Origin: an uncultured Acidobacteriota bacterium
GTDB lineage: Bacteria > Acidobacteriota > UBA6911
Assembly (NCBI GenBank): GCA_963843575.1
Contig: CAWJKZ010000010.1
Span: 32,001-96,000, forward strand
Direction of reading: 5' to 3'
DNA length: 64,000 nucleotides
Shown: positions 10,759-22,639 of the stretch, in pieces
Layout: every line of letters starts with the position of its first letter
Position numbering within the stretch: position 1 is the stretch's first letter
Made by a program: the position numbers and the translations under genes
Notes under the pieces: generated by a model
Database searches by the model: none
What the model was told of the DNA's origin: nothing
What the model saw: the letters and a program-made list of their open reading frames with translations, nothing else

Positions 10759-12473
10759 TGATCGATTTTTTCAGCCTTGACGGGTCCGGGGAACACTTCG
10801 AGAAACGACTGGACGACGGGTTCCCGCCTGGCCCGCTCCAGCGGATCGTCGGAGACCCTGGCGGAAGTTTCGGCGGGCGTTGAAGGTAGTGGCGCCTGCC
10901 CGGGGTCGGCGGGCTCCGCCTGGAATACGATGCGGACCGGGCGGCCGGCGACCGCCGACGCGGCTTGCGACAGCAGGAGTTCGTTGTCCCGAATCTGCCT
11001 CCGCAGGAATTCGTTCAGCCCCTGGAGGTCGAGGGTGACCTCGGCGTCGCGCAGTTCCGCGCCGGGGAGCAACTGCAGGGTGGTCTCCAGGGCGGGCCGC
11101 TGGACTGCGGCTGCGATCTTCAGGAGAAGGTCGCGCCCGGACCCCGGCCCAGCCGGCCGCTCGTTATTGAGTGGAGCAGGCTCCCTGACCGGCTCCGGCG
11201 TCTCGCGGAGCGGGGCGGCGGCGGGGGTGTGCGGGTGCACAGCTGCGGGAGGAGCGCCCTGTGTGCGTTCCGGCTCCCGCCGGGGCGCGGGTGGGGGCTG
11301 CGGGCCGGGGTTGCCGGCACCCTGCGGCGGCTCGCCCCTCACGAGGCGGCTGAAGTCGGCGATGAGGTCCTCTAGGGACTTCAGCTTCGGGAGCTGCGCG
11401 ACCTCCATCAAACCCATTTCGAGCTGGAACCTCGCCTGGGTCGCGTACTTGAGCTCCGTCTCGACCTTGAGCAGCGCGTCGAAGGTTCGGAGGAGTTCTT
11501 CGCGGGAGAAGAGCTCCGACTGCGCCCTGGCGTCCGCGATTTGTCCCTCCGGCATCCCGATTATGGAAGGCTCGGTGACGCCGCTCCGCAAGACCATCAG
11601 GTTGCGAAAATGCGACAGCAGGCGGCGGCAGAAGTTCTGCAAGTCCTGGCCGTTCTCCACGAGCGATGCGATCAGGTCGAGGATCGCCCCGGCGTCGCTG
11701 GCCGCGACTGCGCGCGCGGCCTTGCCCAGCACGGCCGGCTCTACGAGACCCAGCAGCATGGTGGCGTCCTCGTCGCGCACCGTGTCGCCGCTGAAGGCGA
11801 TCACCTGGTCGAGGGCCGACATGGCGTCGCGCATGCTGCCGCCCGAGGCGTAGGCCACCTGTTCGAGCGCGGCGCTGCTGATCCTGATGTTCTCGGCCGC
11901 GGCGATGGTTCGCAGCCGCTCGAGTATCAGGGGGATCGGGATGAGCTTGAAACTGTACTGCTGGCAGCGCGAGATGATCGTCGCGGGAATCTTGTGGTAT
12001 TCGGTGGTAGCCAGGATGAAAACGACGCGCGGCGGCGGCTCTTCGAGCGTCTTCAGCAGTGCATTGAACGCCGCGTTGCTGAGCATGTGCACTTCGTCGA
12101 TGATGAAAATCTTGTTGCGGTCGCGAGCGGGGTTGTACTGCACCTGTTCGATGAGGTTCCGGACGTTCTCGACGCCGGTGTTGGACGCCGCGTCGATCTC
12201 GAGCACGTCGAGACAGTTGCCGGCCGCGATCTCGGTGCAGGCGACGCACTCCCCACACGGTTCGGCCGGCTTGCCGGCGTGACAGTTCAATGCCTTGGCG
12301 AGAACCCGGGCGCTCGTCGTCTTGCCGCTCCCGCGCGGGCCCGAGAAGAGAAACGCGTGCGCGAGACGCCCTCCCTCCAGGGCGTTCATCAACGTGCGCG
12401 AGACGTGGTCCTGACCCACCAACTCATGGAAATTCTGCGGCCGGTATTTGCGGGCAAGTACTTGATATTGCAT
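10755..12473 (-). CDS. dnaX: DNA polymerase III subunit gamma/tau
   Basis: [45 protein letters not shown]. Confidence 0.97.
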   Translation of the reverse strand: MQYQVLARKYRPQNFHELVGQDHVSRTLMNALEGGRLAHAFLFSGPRGSGKTTSARVLAKALNCHAGKPAEPCGECVACTEIAAGNCLDVLEIDAASNTGVENVRNLIEQVQYNPARDRNKIFIIDEVHMLSNAAFNALLKTLEEPPPRVVFILATTEYHKIPATIISRCQQYSFKLIPIPLILERLRTIAAAENIRISSAALEQVAYASGGSMRDAMSALDQVIAFSGDTVRDEDATMLLGLVEPAVLGKAARAVAASDAGAILDLIASLVENGQDLQNFCRRLLSHFRNLMVLRSGVTEPSIIGMPEGQIADARAQSELFSREELLRTFDALLKVETELKYATQARFQLEMGLMEVAQLPKLKSLEDLIADFSRLVRGEPPQGAGNPGPQPPPAPRREPERTQGAPPAAVHPHTPAAAPLRETPEPVREPAPLNNERPAGPGSGRDLLLKIAAAVQRPALETTLQLLPGAELRDAEVTLDLQGLNEFLRRQIRDNELLLSQAASAVAGRPVRIVFQAEPADPGQAPLPSTPAETSARVSDDPLERARREPVVQSFLEVFPGPVKAEKIDQ

Positions 12474-12485
12474 ATAAAAATAGAT

Positions 12486-12588
12486 CGGGCCTCGGGAAAC
12501 CTGCGGCACATATAACATGCCTCTTAATGCTGCTTCCTTCCGGACCTGACATGGTTCGAGGGTTATATTGCACAGGGCCCGAGGCCCG
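12486..12588 (-). ncRNA. ffs: Signal recognition particle RNA (small bacterial type)
   Basis: Minus strand contains TCAGGTCCGGAAGGAAGCAGC, with terminal pairing CGGGCCTCGGG/CCCGAGGCCCG; typical position upstream of dnaX. Confidence 0.93.
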
Positions 12589-12640
12589 CAATCATCTTAC
12601 GGCATCCCCTCCGGCGACACAAGGGCTATGGAATGCGGCG

Positions 12641-12663
12641 GCGGCGCCGAGGCGCCGCGCTCC
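12641..12663. repeat. REP-like palindrome GCGGCGCCGAGGCGCCGC(A/G)CTCC
   Basis: Family copy 1 nt from the stop of the minus-strand GH gene. Confidence 0.7.
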
Positions 12664-12664
12664 G

Positions 12665-14857
12665 TCAGAGGTCGATGGCCACGACTTCGTGAACGAGCAC
12701 CGAAGGAACCGTCAACTCCAGATAGCCGCCTGTCTCCCTGGCAGCAGGGGTTCCCCCGGCGACGAGCAACTGCACCCTGGTCGGCTTGCGCCCCTCCGGC
12801 AGCCGCACCCGCACGCGCTGCTCTCCGACCGGAATGAACTCGCGGAACGGCCCCTTCATCATCATGGGGTTTGTCAGGTTCACCAGGTGAACGGTCATCG
12901 AGTTTTTTTGACGCCATGCGGTTACATCGAGGACCCCGGGGCCGGAAACGGTCACGGGCGGTTGCTCGCGGGCCGCCCACCGGACTGCGTTGCACAGGAT
13001 CTTGCCGTGATCGACGCACATCACCTCCCAGAACGTCCTGTCGACGTCCCACGGGAAGTACACCACTCGACCGTTCCCGCTGTCATTGAGGAAAACCCCA
13101 GGTATGTCAGTCTGTTCCGTGCGCGGGTAGACTTCCTCCATGGGGAGATCGGGGTATGAAGGGATCAGGGTCAATGGCGGGTTGGGTGGCGTCTGCAAGG
13201 GCTCGACATCCACCCGATAGACGCCGTTTATGATGCGCTCGGCATCCTCGAGGCCCGCGAGCACGGGGTGGTGCTGTCCGCCCACCGGATCTCTCTCCAA
13301 ACGAAGATAGGAATTCTGCATCGGGCCTTCCACCCGGCCGCCGAAGCGCACCCCGAAGAGACTGGCCAGCCCGAAATCGCCCCGGCGGTTCCCCCACTCG
13401 TCGTAGAGCGACGTCTCGTAGGTCGCCACTATGTTTCCACCCGCGTCGACATAGGCACGCAGCTGGTCGCATTGCGCGTCGGAGAGGGCGGCGATGTTGG
13501 GGAGGACGAGAGCCTTGAACCTGCCGACGTGCTCTGGATCCAGTAGCCGGTCGTGAACCATCTCAAACGGGATCCGCCCTTCCACCAGGGCGTGGTAGTA
13601 ACCGAGCGTGTGGTCTTCGACCTTCGCTCCGGCGCGGGTGCCGCCGTAAAACGTTGCGGTCTGTTGCGAATACACGAGCGCGACCGTCGCCATCGGTTCT
13701 TCGTTGCGCAGGTAGCGCTCGGAGCGGTAATGCCAGCCATAGATGTCTTCGACGACTTTCAGCCACCGCCGGTCGTGCAGGGTGCCGGAGAACTTGGTGA
13801 ACCAGGGGCGCAAGCCGTTTGCGATGCCGTCGGCAACCCAGATCCGGATCTCCGCTTCGCTTTGGACCGAGTCCTTCCAGCGGTACGGCTCTTCCACCCC
13901 AATGCTGAAAATGCCCACCACGGGTTTCCGCCCCAGGGCGGCGCGGTATTCCTTGCCGTTTTTGCCGTTCGCCCAGGGGGGCGCCACGCCCGCGCCGCGC
14001 CTGCCTGTCGGCGAAAAGGGTCGGGGCCAGTGCGCCGATGGTCTTCATGTCGAGCGGGCTGAGGGCGCCGCCGCCGGCGTTGGCGATGAAGCATGCGCCC
14101 GGTTTGATTTTGCGGATCTCGGCGTCCCAGAGCCGCCACAGTTCGAACAGCCGCTGCTCACTCCACAGGATGTACGCCCGCCGGGCGGGATCCCGGGGAT
14201 CGGATGTGCGGGGCAGCTCGAGGCCCGCAGCGGCGCGGAAGTTGGCTCGGCAGTGTTCGCAGTAGCACATGCCCGAACCGCTCCAGCGATTGCTGAAGAT
14301 GCCATCGACGCCGTAGCGTGCCACGATCTCGCGGGTGACGCGGGTCATGAAATCGAAGTTGTAGGGCCCGAGCGCGCAGGTCACCCACAGGCCGGGGGTT
14401 GCCCAGTGCCGCCGCCGGTTCCCGTCGGCGTCCACGGCGATCCAGTCCGGGTGGGCATCGCACACGTCCTGGTGCGCGGCATGGGGATCGGTCCGCGCCA
14501 CCACGACCATACCCATCCTGCGGCATCCCGAGACCAGGTCGCCGAACGGGTCGCTCCCCTTCATCCAGAGGCTGCGGTGGTGCAGCGGCACCTCGGTCGG
14601 GTAATAGGCAACGCAGCCGCCCGCGCTGAGGCAGGCAGCGTCCGCATGCACTCGCTTGAAGTAATCGAGCCACCACTGGAGATCGTAACGCCCCGGGTCG
14701 TTTTCGACCAGGGTGAGCTGCGCCCAACGCATGGGCCGGTCAAACCATGGATCGGTCTGCACGGCGGCGGCACCCGATCGACCGGCCTCGCACCAACGAA
14801 TGCGGCTGCGGTCGAAGAACGCAGAAAATCCCTGCGGGAAAAAGGGCTTGGGGACAT
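12665..14857 (-). CDS. Tat-exported putative glycoside hydrolase (GHL6/alpha-amylase-like plus beta-galactosidase trimerisation domain), 2 frameshifts
   Basis: SRRDFL signal, MRWAQLTLVENDPG, DGIFSNRW, LVLPNIAALSD; shifts near 14765 and 14000. Confidence 0.75.
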
Positions 14858-15056
14858 GGCGACTCCTGGCCGGGTAGCATCCCGGGCGATCGCATACTAC
14901 ACTGCCGGCTGCGAACTCCTGAACGCCTGTCGACCGACGGCCCGGACTTTTGTCGAAACCTAACGATTTTTACCGTAAGAAACCGAAGGGGTCAGGCGTA
15001 GTATATTTTGGCGTCGTTTGACCGCTACTAATAATGCTGTATTCAAAATGGGAATC

Positions 15057-16397
15057 ATGAGAACACGATCGAGTTCCAGGGCGAGCCAGCGCCTAACCTG
15101 GTGGATAATGGCCACTTCCCTGCTATTCGTCCTGCTGGCGGGAGGGTGTTCCCAGGGTGAGGCTCCCGGCAAGAAGAGCAAGGGGAGGCCGGGGGCGCCG
15201 GGCGCACCAGGCGCGGGGCGGCCGCCCGTCCAGGTGCAGGTGGCCACGGTGCAACGGATCTCCATGCAGCGGCAGGTCGATCTCGCGGGTACCCTGATCT
15301 CTCCCGACAGCGCCAGGGTCAGCAGCGAGGTCGCGGGCGTCGTGCGTGAAATCCTGGTCGAGATGGGCCAGGACGTCCGGCCGGGACAGGTCCTGGTCCG
15401 GCTGGACCCGAGGGAACTGCAACTCGCGCTGACCCAGGCGGAGGGGAACCTCCACCAGACGGAGGCGCAGCTCGGGATCGACGGCGTGAACGTCAAGGAG
15501 CCCCCCGCCGGACGAGCAGATCGCGGTGGTGCGGACGGCGGCGGCCAACCGCGACGACGCAAGGGCCCAGCTGGCGCGCGCCGAACGCCTGATCAAACAG
15601 CACCTCCTGGCGCAAGCCGACCTGGAAACGGCGGTCACCCGTGTCAAGGTCACGGAGGCCGCCTACCAGACCGCCCTGGAGACCGTGCAGAGTCTGAAAG
15701 CCACCCTGAAGCAGCGCCGCGCCGCGGTGGAGCTGGCTCAGAAGAAACTGGCCGACGCAGCGATCCGGGCGCCGGTGGCCGGTTCGATATCGGAGCGGCT
15801 GGTGCAGCCCGGCGAGTTCATTCGCGAGAACACCCCGGTCATCAACATGGTCCAGATGCACCCGCTCAAGCTCAAGACTGCGGTGCAGGAACGGTATGCC
15901 GCGCCTCATCCGGCCGGGTCTGGCGGTCAAGTTCCAGGTCGAGTCTTTCCCGGGCGAAACCTTCACCGGCAAGGTGGGATTCGTCAGCCCGGCCGTGGAC
16001 CAGGCGACGCGGACGTTCACGGTCGAAGTGCTCGTCGAAAACCTGCAGCGACGGCTGAAACCGGGATTCTTCGCCAAAGGCGCGATCGACACCATACTCG
16101 ACCAGAATGTAATGGCGGTCCCGGAAGACGCGGTGTCGGTCCTGGCCGGCGTCTCGACCGTTTACGTCATCGAAGCAGGCAAGGTCCGGCAGCAGATCGT
16201 GGGAATCGGCGCCCGCCAGGGGAACCTGCTCGAGATCACGAGTGGCCTCAAGGGAGACGAGCAAACTGGCGGCCAGCAATCTCTCGCAGCTGGCCACCGG
16301 GGTGCAGGTGAGCACCGGGGCCGTCGATGCCACGGCCTCGCCCGGTCCCGGGCGGCAGGGGCGCGAGCGGCGCGCCGATGAAGGAGTCCGGCCATGA
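15057..16397 (+). CDS. RND efflux periplasmic adaptor (MFP), about 3 frameshifts
   Basis: Lipoprotein-like LAGGC, VSSEVAGVV..GQVLVRLD, IRAPVAG, PAVDQATRTF, LKPGFF; shifts near 15505, 15900 and 16265. Confidence 0.85.
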
Positions 16398-19300
16398 GTC
16401 TGGCAGACATCAGCATAAGACGACCCGTATTCGCCTTCATGATGACCGCGGCACTGGTCGTGCTCGGCCTGTTCTCGTACCGGGAGCTTGGACTCGACCT
16501 GATGCCCAAGACCGACTACCCGGTCGTGACCGTGCGCACTAGCCTGCCCGGGGCCAGCGCCGAAGAAATCGAAACGCAGATCACCAAGCCGGTCGAGGAA
16601 GCCGTCAATACCATCGCCGGCATCGACGAACTGCGGGCGAGTTCGGACCAGGGGCAGTCGCACTGCTTCATCACGTTCGTCCTCGAAAAGAGACATCGAA
16701 ACCGCAGTCCAGGACGTGCGCGACAAGGTAGCGACCATCGTCGCCCGCTTCCCGCGGGACACGTTGCCCCCGGTCATCCAGAAGATCGACCCCGACGCCG
16801 CCCCGATTCTGACCATCGTGATCTCCGGCGAGCGTTCGCAGAAGGAAATCACCACCATCGTCGACAAGCAGATCAAGCAGGTCCTCGAGACCGTAAAGGA
16901 CGTGGGCGAGGTGTTGTTCCTGGGCGAGCGCCGGCGGGAGATCCAGCTCCTGCTGAACGCGGATCGGCTGAACGCCTACGGGTTGACGGTCGACCAGGTC
17001 CGGCAGGCGGTGCAGAGGCAGAACGTCGAAGTCCCAGGCGGTTCGTTCATCGCCGGGCCGACCGAGATCGCCCTGCGGACAATGGGACGCATCCACGACA
17101 CCGTCGATTTCAATCGCATCATAATCGCCTACCGGGACGGTTCGACGATCACGTTCGGCGACATCGGGCGCGTGCTCGACACGGTCGAGGAGGTCCGCGG
17201 CCTTTCAAGACTCGATGGCAATCCCGCCGTCTCTCTGATGATCCGAAAACAGTCGGGCACCAACACCGTCACCGTCGTCGACGCCGTTATGGCCCGACTC
17301 GATCGGTTGAAAGACAACGCCTGCCGTCGGACATCCGAATACAGACCACCCGCGACCAGTCCCGCTTTATCCGCCGTTCGGTTCAGGATATCCAGCACCA
17401 CTTGGTGCTGGGTGGACTCCTGGCCAGCCTCGTGGTCTTCCTTTTCATGCGGAACCTCCGGACCACGATCATCGCCGCACTGGCCATCCCGGCGTCGATT
17501 ATCGGGACCTTCACATTTATGAAGGCGTTCGGTTTCACGCTCAACAACATGACCATGCTGGCGTTATCGCTGGCGACGGGGATCGTGATCGACGACGCCA
17601 TCGTGGTGCTGGAAAACATATTCCGTTACATCGAGGAGAAGGGCGTTGCTCCCAGGGAGGCGGCCGGAAAGGCGACAAACGAAATCGGCCTCGCGGTGAT
17701 GGCGACGACGTTTTCGCTCGTCGTCATCTTCCTTCCGGTCGCGTTCATGACCGGCCAGGTGGGTCGCTATTTCTTCAGCTTCGGCATTGCCTCCGCGGCC
17801 GCGATCCTGATCTCGATGTTCATCTCGTTTACCCTGACGCCCGCACTCTGCTCGATCTGGCTGCGTCCCTCCGATGCGGGAGGGCACAAGAAGTCCTCAA
17901 AATCGCGCGGCTTCTACGCGTTTATCGACCGCACCTACGGCCACATGCTGGTGTGGAGCCTGCGCCACAGGCTTGTCATGGTCATTGTCGCCCTGGCGGT
18001 CGTCCTTTCCGCCTGGGTGCTTTTCCCGCGCGTCGGCAGGGAACTGGTGCCAGACGACGACCAGAGTGAGTTCAGCGTGAACGTCCGGCTTCCGAAAGGG
18101 ACCAGCTTTCAGCGCACGGAGGAGTACTGCGCCGACATCGAGAAAGACCTGCGCAGTCTGCCCGAGGTCCAGACCGTCCTGGCCAGTGTCTATGCCGGGT
18201 CGGCCAATTACTACCTGGGTCTGACGCCGCTCGAGAATCGCAAGATTTCACAGCAGGAGTTGATGCGGCGCGCCCGAGTCTTCCTGCGGAAGTACCCCGG
18301 CGCGCGGATCGGCGTCTCCGGCGGCACGGACATATCCGGCGCTTCGACCGCAGGAGGGGGGCGTGGCGGCGGGGGCGGCGGTGCAGGGTCCAACCGGTTG
18401 CAGCTGCTGATCCAGGGTCCGGAAATCGAGCAGCTGCAGAAGTACATAACGGAACTGATGACGACAGTCCGCACAATCCCGGGACTCGTCGATGTCGACA
18501 CGAACTTCGAGCCGACCCAGCAGGAACTGCGGGTCAACATAGACCGGCCCCGGGCCGCCGATCTCGGCGTGGCCATCGACTCGCTCGCCTCCAGCCTGCG
18601 CGTCCTGGTCGGTGGGCAGGAGGTCTCCAAGTACAAGGACGGGGATGAACAGTACGTGGTCAGGCTCCGGCTGGACGAGCAGTTCCGAAACGACCCCACG
18701 AAAATGGGCGAACTGCTGGTGCCGTCGAGCACCCAGAAGGTAGTGCGCGTCAGCGATGTCGCCCAGCTCGGGCTCGAGTTCGGCCCCGCGGCGATCGACC
18801 GGTACAACCGCCAGCGGCAGATATCGCTGAGCGCGAACCTGGACGGGATTCCACTCGCCGAGGCCGTCGCCGCCACGCGGATCAAGGTGGAAGAGCTGCA
18901 CTTGAAACCGGGCTACCAGGCGGTGTTCGGCGGGTCGGCGCGCACCCTGGACGAGGCCTCCAGCGACTTCGTCCTGGCCATCGTCCTGGCCGTCGCCTTC
19001 ATCTACATGGTGCTGGCCTCCCAGTTCAACAGCTTCGTTCACCCGCTTACCATCATGACCGCGCTCCCGCTGAGCCTTCCGGCCGGGTTGCTCGCCCTGA
19101 TGGCCTTCGGGATGACCCTGAACGTCTACAGCGCGATCGGGATGATGATGCTGTTCGGCATCGTGAAGAAGAACTCGATCCTGCAGGTGGATTACACCAA
19201 CACGCTCCGCGCCCAGGGCATGGAGCGGCACGAGGCACTCATCGCCGCGAACCACGTCCGCCTGAGGCCCATCCTGATGACCACGATCTCCATCATCGCG

Positions 19301-19534
19301 GGCATGCTGCCGATCGCGTTCGGGCGCGGCGCGGGGGCGGGCTCGCGCGCGTCGATGGCGGTGACGATCATCGGCGGCCAGGTGCTCTGCCTGCTGCTGA
19401 CCCTGCTCATCACGCCGGTCGTTTATTCCTACTTCGACGACCTGCGCGAGTGGAGCCCCTCGCGGCTGTTTGGCTGGGCCCGCCGCGCAGTGCGGCCCGC
19501 CACGCGGGCCGCTTCGGAAGAAAGCGGCTCCTGA
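16394..19534 (+). CDS. RND efflux permease (AcrB/MdtB-like), two compensating frameshifts
   Basis: SIRRPVFA, GIVIDDAIVVLENI, GIVKKNSIL.VD, RLRPILMTT; region 16690-17315 is encoded in an alternate frame. Confidence 0.92.
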   Translation: MSLADISIRRPVFAFMMTAALVVLGLFSYRELGLDLMPKTDYPVVTVRTSLPGASAEEIETQITKPVEEAVNTIAGIDELRASSDQGQSHCFITFVLEKRHRNRSPGRARQGSDHRRPLPAGHVAPGHPEDRPRRRPDSDHRDLRRAFAEGNHHHRRQADQAGPRDRKGRGRGVVPGRAPAGDPAPAERGSAERLRVDGRPGPAGGAEAERRSPRRFVHRRADRDRPADNGTHPRHRRFQSHHNRLPGRFDDHVRRHRARARHGRGGPRPFKTRWQSRRLSDDPKTVGHQHRHRRRRRYGPTRSVERQRLPSDIRIQTTRDQSRFIRRSVQDIQHHLVLGGLLASLVVFLFMRNLRTTIIAALAIPASIIGTFTFMKAFGFTLNNMTMLALSLATGIVIDDAIVVLENIFRYIEEKGVAPREAAGKATNEIGLAVMATTFSLVVIFLPVAFMTGQVGRYFFSFGIASAAAILISMFISFTLTPALCSIWLRPSDAGGHKKSSKSRGFYAFIDRTYGHMLVWSLRHRLVMVIVALAVVLSAWVLFPRVGRELVPDDDQSEFSVNVRLPKGTSFQRTEEYCADIEKDLRSLPEVQTVLASVYAGSANYYLGLTPLENRKISQQELMRRARVFLRKYPGARIGVSGGTDISGASTAGGGRGGGGGGAGSNRLQLLIQGPEIEQLQKYITELMTTVRTIPGLVDVDTNFEPTQQELRVNIDRPRAADLGVAIDSLASSLRVLVGGQEVSKYKDGDEQYVVRLRLDEQFRNDPTKMGELLVPSSTQKVVRVSDVAQLGLEFGPAAIDRYNRQRQISLSANLDGIPLAEAVAATRIKVEELHLKPGYQAVFGGSARTLDEASSDFVLAIVLAVAFIYMVLASQFNSFVHPLTIMTALPLSLPAGLLALMAFGMTLNVYSAIGMMMLFGIVKKNSILQVDYTNTLRAQGMERHEALIAANHVRLRPILMTTISIIAGMLPIAFGRGAGAGSRASMAVTIIGGQVLCLLLTLLITPVVYSYFDDLREWSPSRLFGWARRAVRPATRAASEESGS

Positions 19535-19657
19535 CCCTGCAAGGACGCCGGTGCTCCCGCACCGGCGTCCGCCGCCTGCTCGTCCAGCCACACGATCACA
19601 CTGGGTCCCGCACGCGCATTGTGGTAAATCTAGATCTTCACAATCCCGGCGCGCACG

Positions 19658-20659
19658 ATGCGAGACAAGATCTACCTGGTCGGATTCCTGCTGATTGCCG
19701 GCTTGCTGCTCTTCCTCGGGCGCGACCTGATCCAGAGATCGGTCATGGTCGCCTGGGCCGTGACCTTCGGTGGCACGACCGCGGTCGCGTTCTTGCTGGT
19801 CGCGCTGTATCGCTTCCGGCTCGAGCTTCAGGCGAGCCGTCATGAGCTGGCCCGCAAGGAAGCCGAGCTCAGCTTCGCGCTCAAGGTGCAGCAGGCCCTG
19901 TTCCCTCGCCGGTTCCCGGAAGGTTACGGACTCGAGTTTTCGGCCACCTGCATACCGGCGCGCGGCATCAGCGGCGACTATTACGACGTGCTGGAAATGG
20001 CCGACGGCCGCCTTGTGTTTGCCATTGCCGACATCAGCGGCAAAGGCATCTCCGCCGCGATCCTGATGGCGAACCTGCAGGCGCTGCTGCGCGTCGTCGT
20101 CTCGGACACGTTGTCGCCGAGCGAAATCTGCCGGAGGCTCAACTTCCACTTTCACCAGGTCACCGACTCCTCGCGGTTCGCGACGTTTTTCTACGCGGAG
20201 TGGACACCCTCGACGCGGAGCCTGCGCTACGTCAACGCGGGCCACAATCCGCCGGTTGTCATGGGTTCGCTCAAAGGCCGGACCCTGGATGAAGGCGGGA
20301 TCCCCCTCGGGGTCATGCCGGAGTACAGATACGAGACGGGCGAGGCGATCTTGGAGGCCGGCGACCTCCTGGTGCTGTACTCGGACGGGATCACGGAAGC
20401 CGGCCTCAACTCCGGACACGAGTTCGGCGAGGAACGGTTGAAGACGCTCGTTTCGGAACTATCCGAGAAACCGGTCGCGGAAATCCAGCAGCGGTTGATC
20501 GAGGCGGTCCGTGCCTGGACGCGCCGTGAATTGGAAGACGACGTCACCCTGGTAATCGTACGGGCCATACCGCAGCCGGGGAACGCGATCGCAGCCTATG
20601 CCTCGAGCCTTAGTTCCGGCCACCCCGCCTCGCGGGCGGCAGGACGGGAGACGTTATGA
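19658..20659 (+). CDS. Membrane-anchored PP2C/SpoIIE-family phosphatase
   Basis: Two N-terminal TM segments; SGDYYD, IADISGKG, NAGHNPP, YSDGITE, DDVT. Confidence 0.92.
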   Translation: MRDKIYLVGFLLIAGLLLFLGRDLIQRSVMVAWAVTFGGTTAVAFLLVALYRFRLELQASRHELARKEAELSFALKVQQALFPRRFPEGYGLEFSATCIPARGISGDYYDVLEMADGRLVFAIADISGKGISAAILMANLQALLRVVVSDTLSPSEICRRLNFHFHQVTDSSRFATFFYAEWTPSTRSLRYVNAGHNPPVVMGSLKGRTLDEGGIPLGVMPEYRYETGEAILEAGDLLVLYSDGITEAGLNSGHEFGEERLKTLVSELSEKPVAEIQQRLIEAVRAWTRRELEDDVTLVIVRAIPQPGNAIAAYASSLSSGHPASRAAGRETL

Positions 20660-21183
20660 AGATAGGCGGCCACCGGATGCGGGAGCACCTCAGGCTGCTC
20701 GCACCCGAGTTTGCCCTCATATTCGCTGTGTGGGCGCTGCGCTGGCTCCTGTCGCTGGCCGGAGCCGCAGGCTGGGTCGTGCGGCTGAGCAGCGTGACCG
20801 CCGCGACGGCGCTCGCGATCGTGCTGGCCACGGTTCGGATGCACTGGCGGGCGTTCGGCGGCTATGCCAACGTGGTCGTCGTCAGTTTCCTTCTCAACGT
20901 CTGGTCGGAAGTGCTGATCGTGGTGGCTGTCGCCTTCTCCGTGCTCGCCGGCATCGAGAACATCTACACTGCCCCGGAGTATTCCGTGCCGGGCGAAGAC
21001 ATAATGCACTACGTCCACATTCGGGCCCACCTCACCTTCGGAATTGGGGTAGGGACCCTCGAGGGCGCTGCCATGGGTTGCCTGTTGTTGTGGCTGATAA
21101 GGGCATGGATCCCGGCCCCTTCCGGTCGGGCGACGGGCGCCGCGGCCGGCGAGACGACCTCGAAGCGTCAGGGAGGCGAATGA
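20656..21183 (+). CDS. Hypothetical membrane protein (about 4 TM)
   Basis: Hydrophobic segments; ATGA overlaps at both ends. Confidence 0.7.
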   Translation: MKIGGHRMREHLRLLAPEFALIFAVWALRWLLSLAGAAGWVVRLSSVTAATALAIVLATVRMHWRAFGGYANVVVVSFLLNVWSEVLIVVAVAFSVLAGIENIYTAPEYSVPGEDIMHYVHIRAHLTFGIGVGTLEGAAMGCLLLWLIRAWIPAPSGRATGAAAGETTSKRQGGE

Positions 21184-22586
21184 CCAAAAAGCCGGTCGGC
21201 CTGCTGCAAGTGTTCGGTCCCTGGCTGGCAGCAGCGCTCATTGCGGCCGCCTGCTGCGCCGTGGCGCTGGCGCTGGAACCGCGCTGGCTCTCGGGCTACC
21301 GCACGTACCCGATCGCCGTGGTGACGGTTGCCGTCGGTGCCGCGGTCGTCCGCGTCACGGGCTACCTTCTCTTCGATGTCCTCTTCCGCAAGCGCAAAGG
21401 GCGGGAGGCACCCGACATACTGCGCTTTGTCGTGTCGGTCGTCGGTTATTCGGCGCTGTTCGTCATTGTCTTCAGCTTCGTCTTCAACCGGCACCTCACC
21501 GGGGTGCTGGCGACCTCCGCGGTCGTCAGCGTGATCATAGGGCTGGCTCTGCAGGACACCCTCGGCAACTTCTTCGCGGGCCTTTCCCTGCACATCGAGC
21601 AGCCGTACCACATCGGCGACGCTATCCGTATGGGAGACATGCTCGGCCGCGTCGAGTCGGTAACGTGGCGGACGACGGCATTCCGCACCACGAACAACAG
21701 TCTGATCATCGTCCCCAACAGCCGCATTGCGCGTGAGCCGATAGAGATTTACGCGTTCGAGAGCGAAACGCGCCGGGTCCTGCGCATCCCCGCCCCCTAT
21801 TCCGCGAGCCCGCAGAGGGTGATCTCGGTTGTGCGCGACGCGCTCAAGGCGGTTCCGGGCATGGCGCCCGCGCGGGCGCCGACGATCCGCGTCGGCGACT
21901 TCGCGGATTCCAGCGTCACCTACGAAGTGCTCTACTGGGTAACAGACCACATGGTTGCCTCCGAGATCGACGCCGTGGTACGCGAGCGCCTCTGGTACGC
22001 CTTCCGCCGTGCGGGTCTGGACATTCCCTTCCCCACGCGGCACGTCTCGATTCAACGGGTTCCTCCCCGGACGGCGCAGGCGGGGCAAGCCCCCGAGGGG
22101 GTCATCGCCGCAGTCCCGATCTTCGCGCCCCTCAGCGCGCAGGAGCGGCAGCAACTGGCCGACTCGGCCGTTAGAGTTGTCTACGCCCCCGGCGAACAGG
22201 TCCTGCGGCGCGGCGACGAAGGCGACTCGATGTTTGTCATCCTCAGGGGACGCGCAGAGATAGTCCTGCCGGGAACCGGAGGGCAGACGCAGCCCATGGC
22301 CCTTCTCGAACCCGGCGACTTTTTCGGGGAGATGGCGCTGCTCACGGGGGAGACCCGGACCGCGGATGTCCGAGCGCGGGATGAGCTGGAGCTGCTGGAA
22401 ATAAGCAAGGCCGCCCTGGAACCGCTGTTGCGCGCAAACCAGCAGCTGGCCGGCGGATTCAGCCAGATCCTCGCCGAACGGCAGGCGCGTCTGACGGAGT
22501 TCGCCCAAGCCATGCCCGAACAAGAGGCGCACGCGGAAAGCAACACCATCCTGAACCGGATCAGGCGTTTCTTCAGCCTGCGCTGA
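21180..22586 (+). CDS. MscS-family channel with C-terminal cyclic-nucleotide-binding domain
   Basis: IGLALQDTLGNFFAG, IVPNS, IPFP, then GDEGDSMF..GDFFGEMALL..RTADV. Confidence 0.92.
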   Translation: MTKKPVGLLQVFGPWLAAALIAAACCAVALALEPRWLSGYRTYPIAVVTVAVGAAVVRVTGYLLFDVLFRKRKGREAPDILRFVVSVVGYSALFVIVFSFVFNRHLTGVLATSAVVSVIIGLALQDTLGNFFAGLSLHIEQPYHIGDAIRMGDMLGRVESVTWRTTAFRTTNNSLIIVPNSRIAREPIEIYAFESETRRVLRIPAPYSASPQRVISVVRDALKAVPGMAPARAPTIRVGDFADSSVTYEVLYWVTDHMVASEIDAVVRERLWYAFRRAGLDIPFPTRHVSIQRVPPRTAQAGQAPEGVIAAVPIFAPLSAQERQQLADSAVRVVYAPGEQVLRRGDEGDSMFVILRGRAEIVLPGTGGQTQPMALLEPGDFFGEMALLTGETRTADVRARDELELLEISKAALEPLLRANQQLAGGFSQILAERQARLTEFAQAMPEQEAHAESNTILNRIRRFFSLR

Positions 22587-22639
22587 CCTCGCCCGGGCTT
22601 TCGCTGAATATCGAGCCGGCGGCGGCCGATGAGGACAGC

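Noticed and set aside
16690-17315. Programmed double frameshift in the RND gene
   Set aside because: No slippery site plus stimulator was recognised; it matches the window-wide indel error pattern.
18350-18392. Poly-Gly tract in the RND permease
   Set aside because: A low-complexity loop with mixed codons, not a phase-variable repeat.
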